DNA of 64,000 bases from sequence record PZ540767.1. The stretch is one strand, 5' to 3'. This DNA comes from a phage. Shown here in pieces: positions 59,015-64,000 of this stretch (position 1 is the first letter of the stretch; the number at the start of each line of letters is the position of its first letter). The notes under the pieces were generated by a model that was given only the letters and a program-made list of their open reading frames with translations, searched no databases and was not told the DNA's origin. A program made the position numbers and the translations under genes.

Positions 59015-59275
59015 TTACAGAAGAAAGATGGACGAGATAACATCTTCATAGGCAGCATGTTCTGCCGGATCAGAGATAATGAGAGCCTGATATTCATGAA
59101 GAGTATCAATACAGTCTTCAGTGAGGATTTCAGCTACTACATTGAGTGCTTCAGCCTCACCCACATTTGCACACAAATGGCTTACAGCACGGGTGAATAG
59201 CTTCAAAGCTAACTCATCCATACCACCTTCATAAGCCAGTTGGCATTGTTCCAGAGTAATATTTACATCGATCAT
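59015..59275 (-). CDS. Small strongly acidic early protein (86 aa)
   Basis: ATG; 16 Asp+Glu versus 2 Lys+Arg. Confidence 0.45.
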   Translation of the reverse strand: MIDVNITLEQCQLAYEGGMDELALKLFTRAVSHLCANVGEAEALNVVAEILTEDCIDTLHEYQALIISDPAEHAAYEDVISSIFLL

Positions 59276-59565
59276 GAGAATGAGATCCGTTGTTCAAGGA
59301 TAACTGGGACTCCAATGGCTACTTTAGCCATCAGAGCTTTAATTTCACGCATATCTACTTTGATAGTGAAGTTCTTTTTATAAAAACCATCTAGCGAAGC
59401 TGGGAAGTCTACCACTGCAATACGTGGAAACTTCTCCAGTGCTACATTGAATTTGGTAATAGTGATAGTGGCATTAATGCCAATGTTGAAGTCACTATAA
59501 TAAGATATAGTACCTTCACCCAGCATCTTAGAATGCCAGTTAAATACTTGGTTAGAATTGGTCAT
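59272..59565 (-). CDS. Hypothetical early protein (97 aa)
   Basis: ATG after ggaga RBS. Confidence 0.4.
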   Translation of the reverse strand: MTNSNQVFNWHSKMLGEGTISYYSDFNIGINATITITKFNVALEKFPRIAVVDFPASLDGFYKKNFTIKVDMREIKALMAKVAIGVPVILEQRISFS

Positions 59566-59806
59566 CGTCTAGTTTCTCCAGACACAGATACTGACCTTTG
59601 CTCATAATTGCATAGTCAATACCATTAAGAGTTAGATAGTCTTCAGTCCCCAGATTTCTGCTACCATCACGCATCTTGTTCTGTAGTCTTATGTCCTCTG
59701 GTTTAATACCAATGGCTAGTTTAGTTTGAATAGTTTTAGCTTCAGCTTCATCTACCCTAACCATCAATGAGGGATGAATATCCCCAAATACAGCATAGTA
59801 GCTCAT
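59552..59806 (-). CDS. Hypothetical early protein (84 aa)
   Basis: ATG; acidic. Confidence 0.4.
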   Translation of the reverse strand: MSYYAVFGDIHPSLMVRVDEAEAKTIQTKLAIGIKPEDIRLQNKMRDGSRNLGTEDYLTLNGIDYAIMSKGQYLCLEKLDDDQF

Positions 59807-59939
59807 GTTACCCCCATACTGATATTAACCAGTCATACTCCTCCTGGGTTAATACAGGTTTATATTGCTCAATTACATTGAGTGCATTATTGAAGTTCTC
59901 ATTGCAGAAGAATGAGATGATTGCAAAGTATTTCATTGG

Positions 59940-60278
59940 TTATACCTTGGGTAAGTTTTGGATGCTTCCAGCATTACTTGACCAACGCCCACTAACTACG
60001 CCATGGAGCCTCTCTTTAGGTACATACTTCTTAAATTCCCACATACCATTTTTATTAAGGAATACATCAAATCCCATAAACATTTCATCAGCATGACCAC
60101 GATTGGTAGAAGTATGTTTTTGGTTTTTACGTTTAATACGAGAACCATCAATACAGTACCCATCAAGGGTACAGCCAATGGCTAAAGCCATCTTTACTTT
60201 CTTGAGCCATGCATCAGTAACACGGATATGAATACACTTTTGCATAGCAGGTGCATAGACATAGATTATTTTACTCAT
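59940..60278 (-). CDS. Hypothetical early protein (112 aa)
   Basis: ATG; downstream of hairpin promoter instance 2. Confidence 0.45.
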   Translation of the reverse strand: MSKIIYVYAPAMQKCIHIRVTDAWLKKVKMALAIGCTLDGYCIDGSRIKRKNQKHTSTNRGHADEMFMGFDVFLNKNGMWEFKKYVPKERLHGVVSGRWSSNAGSIQNLPKV

Positions 60279-60344
60279 AGTAATCTTCCCATAATAAATA
60301 GAGGATTAAGATAAAACCAGATATGTAAGCAAGCAATAACATAT

Positions 60345-60566
60345 TCATTTATTGTCCTGTGGACAATATACCTCCCAATCTGTCCATTTTTGAGCTAGGA
60401 AGCCTTCTACAGTATCTGTGATAGTATGGCCATCAAGAAATCTTACAAGTATTATACTATCCTGGGACAATGTTATATAAGAACCACTATCCCATACTGA
60501 TCTTTTTATCTTAGCCCCTAGTTTCAGCATTAATAATGCTTCTTTAGCAGTCATATAATGTACCAT
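60345..60566 (-). CDS. DUF2829/Tad2-like small protein, copy 1
   Basis: N-terminus 'MTAKEALLMLKLGAKIKRSVW'. Confidence 0.5.
   Translation of the reverse strand: MVHYMTAKEALLMLKLGAKIKRSVWDSGSYITLSQDSIILVRFLDGHTITDTVEGFLAQKWTDWEVYCPQDNK
60350..60368 (-). promoter_or_regulatory. Hairpin promoter candidate, instance 2
   Basis: + strand ataTTCATTtattgtcc-TGT-ggacaata; overlaps 3' end of the preceding small ORF; ~75 nt upstream of ATG 60278. Confidence 0.5.
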
Positions 60567-60742
60567 TCATGTGATTCATCGAAGAATGAACAGAATTCAG
60601 ATACTTTAATAAGCCCAGGTGGGATAGTGTTATCACAACATACATTATCCCCTTTGATATAATAAAAGAGTTCTGGTTTCATCCAGTCAGCTCTGATCTT
60701 ACATCCGATCTTCATTGCTAACAGGGCTTCCTGAGTCGTCAT
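60551..60742 (-). CDS. DUF2829/Tad2-like small protein, copy 2
   Basis: Start at internal ATG 60742: 'MTTQEALLAMKIGCKIRADW'. Confidence 0.5.
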   Translation of the reverse strand: MTTQEALLAMKIGCKIRADWMKPELFYYIKGDNVCCDNTIPPGLIKVSEFCSFFDESHEWYII

Positions 60743-60938
60743 ATAATTTCCACTCCATATCTGCATATTCTTCAGTAAACTTATTAACAGCACAGGCTAG
60801 ACTGACAAAGTTTAATGGTTTATGTACATAGCAAATACAGTTGCCTTGTAAATCATAATAGTTAGTATAATCAGTCCAGGTAGCAGGAATAACCTTGCAA
60901 CCTATTTTCATTGCAAGCAATGCTTCAGCTGTTGTCAT
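60699..60938 (-). CDS. DUF2829/Tad2-like small protein, copy 3
   Basis: 'MTTAEALLAMKIGCKVIPATW'. Confidence 0.5.
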   Translation of the reverse strand: MTTAEALLAMKIGCKVIPATWTDYTNYYDLQGNCICYVHKPLNFVSLACAVNKFTEEYADMEWKLYDDSGSPVSNEDRM

Positions 60939-61128
60939 TGAATAACTCCCAATTATCTACGTCACCATAACAAGGTATATAGTCTTCAAGTACCAAATGG
61001 GGAGTACCATCTTCATTAACTGTTATATCATCTATAGGATCATATTGTACCCAATCACCTGGTGCCCATGTTTCCCTTCGTACTTTGCATCCTAGTTTAA
61101 GAGCTAGTACTGCTTCTTTGGTTTTCAT
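60925..61128 (-). CDS. DUF2829/Tad2-like small protein, copy 4
   Basis: Start at internal ATG 61128: 'MKTKEAVLALKLGCKVRRETW'. Confidence 0.5.
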   Translation of the reverse strand: MKTKEAVLALKLGCKVRRETWAPGDWVQYDPIDDITVNEDGTPHLVLEDYIPCYGDVDNWELFNDNS

Positions 61129-61174
61129 CCCCTGTCTCCAGTAGACCGATTCACAAGAGTGTTCGGAGAACACG

Positions 61175-61204
61175 TTAATAAACTAAGCCCTCCAGTGAGG
61201 GCTT
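61175..61204 (-). terminator. Hairpin, terminator-like, upstream of the paralogue array
   Basis: aagccctc-cagt-gagggctt 8-bp stem; U/A-rich downstream on - strand. Confidence 0.4.
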
Positions 61205-61208
61205 TTGT

Positions 61209-61481
61209 TTAATATGAATATTCAATACGTTTCCAGTGCTCAAGGTTGAGTACACCACCATCTTTGATATGTTTGAGCATAGTAAGCAGTAAAACATACA
61301 GCTTATCTTTCTCACCTTTAATCTCTGATTTAACGTGATAGAACTCTTCACCCATGATGGTTATTTCAATACGATTGACATACCACTGCTGACCTAAATG
61401 ATCTTGAATCAGTCTACGAGTGATATGAGGATATGATGCTTCTTTGACAGCTTTACGATGCAGCTCTAATTCAAGATCCAT
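61209..61481 (-). CDS. Hypothetical early protein (90 aa)
   Basis: ORF with ATG. Confidence 0.45.
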   Translation of the reverse strand: MDLELELHRKAVKEASYPHITRRLIQDHLGQQWYVNRIEITIMGEEFYHVKSEIKGEKDKLYVLLLTMLKHIKDGGVLNLEHWKRIEYSY

Positions 61482-61670
61482 AGTTATAGTCCTACATTTA
61501 CCCAGCCTACACTGGGTATAAGAATTGAACGGATATTTAATGTTTTCAGAGAGCGTATGAAGTAATGGTTATCCCTCAACTTATACGTCTCATAGATATG
61601 AAAGTTCATGATATTTCTAACACGTGCAGCAAAGTGATCATACCCTTTACCTTTCTTAATCATAAATACC

Positions 61671-61922
61671 TCAATTGTAGTTTTCGTACATGTCGTAGCA
61701 CACTTTGAAGTGTTTACGAGCTTTACGTATTTGCTTACGAGTAGGCTTAGTTACAAACGTATAATAACGTTCGTAGGGCAGACCATAGTTATGATTAGTT
61801 ACCGATTGTTGACTGAATACCAGTTGCCAGAAACTTGGCACTGATTCAATGATGCCATTACCAATACTAAACTTGTATGCGGATACAAATACAACATCGG
61901 TATAGATTGTAGTAGTGCTCAT
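61671..61922 (-). CDS. Early protein, paralogue A of 'TKPTxKQ(I/V)R' pair (83 aa)
   Basis: 'YTFVTKPTRKQIRKARKH'. Confidence 0.45.
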   Translation of the reverse strand: MSTTTIYTDVVFVSAYKFSIGNGIIESVPSFWQLVFSQQSVTNHNYGLPYERYYTFVTKPTRKQIRKARKHFKVCYDMYENYN

Positions 61923-61935
61923 AATTACCTCTGGT

Positions 61936-62127
61936 TTAATGTACTGGGATTACTAAAGTATTATGACCAGCAAAGCTGACTTTATTACTATCTTTGATGA
62001 GCACACAGTTATGGTTATCACCATCTTCTGTGGCTTTCTGCCATACATTACGGTCACCATATGCCCATGTCTGAGCAAACATGAACTGAGCACCATCTTC
62101 TAATTCATGGAATTTAATTACTTGCAT
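61936..62127 (-). CDS. Hypothetical early protein (63 aa)
   Basis: ATG after agagga RBS. Confidence 0.4.
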   Translation of the reverse strand: MQVIKFHELEDGAQFMFAQTWAYGDRNVWQKATEDGDNHNCVLIKDSNKVSFAGHNTLVIPVH

Positions 62128-62192
62128 GATTTAATCCTCTAATTCAGCATATTGATTAATAGCCCTGGTTTCACAGGGCTTATTAAATAGGG

Positions 62193-62477
62193 TTAGAACC
62201 AATGTGGGTAATCAGCCATGAACTGGGCTAATTCACGCTCATGCTCACTGATAGCTGTACGCTTACAACGACGTACTTGCTTAGCTGTAGGCTTGGCTGT
62301 AAATGCATACTGGTGCATTGATGAGGACATGGGATTGTTATCCACTACCAATTCAACAGCTACACACCATTGAGCAGGTTGAACCATATCATCAGGGAAA
62401 CCGCTACGTTTAGTGATTTCGTTAACTGCACAAGGGTCAGCAGGTAAGAACATTACGGAGGTTTTAATAACACGCAT
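62193..62477 (-). CDS. Early protein, paralogue B of 'TKPTxKQ(I/V)R' pair (94 aa)
   Basis: 'YAFTAKPTAKQVRRCKRT'. Confidence 0.45.
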   Translation of the reverse strand: MRVIKTSVMFLPADPCAVNEITKRSGFPDDMVQPAQWCVAVELVVDNNPMSSSMHQYAFTAKPTAKQVRRCKRTAISEHERELAQFMADYPHWF

Positions 62478-62529
62478 AGTTAATACTCCAATAGGTTATA
62501 TACCCTGGCTTACACCAGGGCTTGAGTGA

Positions 62530-62745
62530 TTAGAATGGGCAACCAGTTTCAGCTTCGAGCTTGTCCATGAAGTAGCCTTCATTGTGCAAGCGAGCGTGCA
62601 GCTCTACATGACTTTGCATACGATAGTTATCGAGTAATGACAGGAAGTCTGCATACTCGGTATCAGTTGCCCTACGAGCATTACTCATGTCTACAGGCTT
62701 AGTGCTAAAGCAATTCTCAATCATACGAATGTCAGAAGTACGCAT
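62530..62745 (-). CDS. Hypothetical early protein (71 aa)
   Basis: ATG after ggag RBS; ~40 nt downstream of hairpin promoter instance 3. Confidence 0.45.
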   Translation of the reverse strand: MRTSDIRMIENCFSTKPVDMSNARRATDTEYADFLSLLDNYRMQSHVELHARLHNEGYFMDKLEAETGCPF

Positions 62746-62782
62746 AGGTATATCTCCAATAGATTAAGTGGACACTTCTATT

Positions 62783-62800
62783 CATTGCCTGTAGGCAATG
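62783..62800 (-). promoter_or_regulatory. Hairpin promoter candidate, instance 3
   Basis: + strand cttctaTTCATTgcc-TGTA-ggcaatg; 7-bp stem. Confidence 0.5.
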
Positions 62801-62930
62801 CATGGTCGTAGTACTGTCGCTGTCGCTTCGTACTACTCCCTGTGTAATACCAGTGTTCATTAGAATGGCTTACAGAGACTGTGACTATTAGTTATTATTT
62901 TAAAGGCAACCCGTTAGGGTTGCCTCTATT

Positions 62931-63152
62931 TCAAAACGGAATCTCATCACTGAATCCTGACAGATTCACTGGATAAAACTCATGCCAGTAATAAGACTGA
63001 TCATGAGCCTCAATGGACTCTGCACGGATTTCCTTATACATACCACTGTTACGAACTTCTTGCAGGGCAGCTTCCGCTTCCTCAAGAGTTCCAAAGGTAT
63101 CTACAAAGGTATCTGCATAGAGATCCCCAGGTACAACAGTAAGTAAGAACAT
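62931..63152 (-). CDS. Acidic early protein with SSB-tail-like C-terminus (73 aa)
   Basis: ATG after ggaga RBS; ends '...NLSGFSDEIPF'; first gene after hairpin promoter instance 4. Confidence 0.5.
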   Translation of the reverse strand: MFLLTVVPGDLYADTFVDTFGTLEEAEAALQEVRNSGMYKEIRAESIEAHDQSYYWHEFYPVNLSGFSDEIPF

Positions 63153-63203
63153 AATATGTTCTCCAAATCAATGATAGGACACCATGTCCTATCTCTTCTA
63201 TTC

Positions 63204-63220
63204 ATTCTCCTGTGGAGAAT
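63204..63220 (-). promoter_or_regulatory. Hairpin promoter candidate, instance 4
   Basis: + strand cttctaTTCATTctcc-TGT-ggagaat; 7-bp stem, 3-nt loop; ~52 nt upstream of ATG 63152. Confidence 0.5.
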
Positions 63221-63769
63221 ACCACTGATGCTTAAGTGCAAGAGAACTACGTAGTAGTTCTCCTTGCATACTTCCACTGAAGGTATAGGTACACTTTGTG
63301 TGTAAGATATAGGTTGGTTTAGGTATGAGGTAGGTGGATGATAGGATATAGGGTGAGTATAGAAACATTACCAAAGTAGTAATTTGACACTCAATTCCCA
63401 TCATTTCCTATATAAGTTAACTGGTCACGGTACTGAGTGATTAGGTTATCGGAGTACACCGTTAGGGTGTACGGAGATAACTGGTGATTCTACATAGAAT
63501 AGATCTATAGCTATGTGATGACTGAGGGTGGGTTAGTGAGGGATTGTGTTAAGGGATTGAGTGAGATAGTAACACTGTGTCAAGTGGTTTGTCTTATATC
63601 ATTTTGTTATAAGCATATTCAGAATTGATATATAGATTAATCTGGACTGGTTTATCAGTAACTTACTGTATACAGGAAGTAGTACAGAGTTAGACTGACA
63701 TACGCCAGAGAGTAAGTTTGCCACAAGTTTTGAAACGGAGTAGCGCACCTGTACTGTCATGTAGCACAG

Positions 63770-63801
63770 TGTGTATTGTGTATGATGTGTATTGTGTATG
63801 A
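63770..63801. repeat. Perfect 16-bp tandem duplication (tgtgtattgtgtatga x2)
   Basis: Read directly: 63770-63785 identical to 63786-63801, in non-coding C-poor region. Confidence 0.8.
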
Positions 63802-63840
63802 GTCGAAGACACCGCAACACCGAAGCGAAGCGAGTGTGTA

Positions 63841-63871
63841 AGGTAATTAAATAGCTCACCCGAAGGTGAGC
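63841..63871 (-). terminator. C(UUCG)G tetraloop terminator after the partial gene at window end
   Basis: On - strand: gctcacc-uucg-ggtgagc followed by UAUUUAAUU. Confidence 0.5.
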
Positions 63872-63878
63872 ATATTTA

Positions 63879-64000
63879 TTACTTATCATCATCATCCAGT
63901 GATACACCAAGTGCAGCCAGCTGATTCTCCAGCTGCTTCTTGGTGCTGATGTATTCAGCTTTATCCTTCAGCTCTACCATCTCACTGAAGCGCTTGGCTT
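63879..64000 (-). CDS. 3' end of a minus-strand gene entering from beyond the window
   Basis: Hand-translated open frame ...AKRFSEMVELKDKAEYISTKKQLENQLAALGVSLDDDDK*, stop at 63879-63881. Confidence 0.45.
   Translation of the reverse strand, partial: AKRFSEMVELKDKAEYISTKKQLENQLAALGVSLDDDDK

Noticed and set aside
63198-63910. ORFs 63198-63404 and 63599-63910 in the terminal non-coding region
   Set aside because: Overlap hairpin promoter and repeats; strongly skewed base composition gives odd low-complexity translations; no RBS.
1-64000. Prophage, integrase, tRNA or CRISPR features
   Set aside because: No tyrosine/serine recombinase motifs, no att-like flanks, no direct-repeat/spacer array, and no tRNA-like T-loop (GGTTCGAAT) seen in non-coding regions; the gene content is that of a lytic phage.

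Overview
This 64-kb window reads as most of the genome of a lytic N4-like (Schitoviridae-type) podophage; no integrase, tRNA, rRNA or CRISPR array was recognised. The anchor calls are a single 3560-aa ORF (6368-17050, +) of the size class of the N4 virion-encapsidated RNA polymerase, and a split T7-like RNA polymerase (RNAP II, 55650-57949, -) with 'CCSGIQ' and 'HDAFGS' catalytic motifs. Layout: late/virion genes on the + strand (1-17050); a minus-strand block of recombination, replication and nucleotide-metabolism genes (17.1-28.4 kb and 34.2-53.6 kb) interrupted by a +-strand island carrying tail-fibre and lysis genes and an Ig-like protein (28.4-34.1 kb); then the RNAP II / early region (54-63 kb, -) and a ~740-bp non-coding, C-poor, repeat-rich region. 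Most interesting observations: four tandem small paralogues with a DUF2829/Tad2-like N-terminus in the early region; an acidic early protein whose C-terminus copies the E. coli SSB tail ('DEIPF'); four conserved 7-8 bp-stem, 3-4 nt-loop hairpins ('TTCATT-stem-TGT-stem') upstream of early genes, the architecture of N4 vRNAP promoters; a recurrent C(UUCG)G tetraloop hairpin used as intergenic terminator on minus-strand transcripts; a MoxR-like AAA+ / vWA-metallopeptidase pair; an SPFH lipoprotein with a small membrane partner; and three consecutive paralogues sharing a 'KLIKTxxAIGL' motif just downstream of RNAP II. All family assignments are from motifs read by eye and recalled family signatures; none has been checked against a database.
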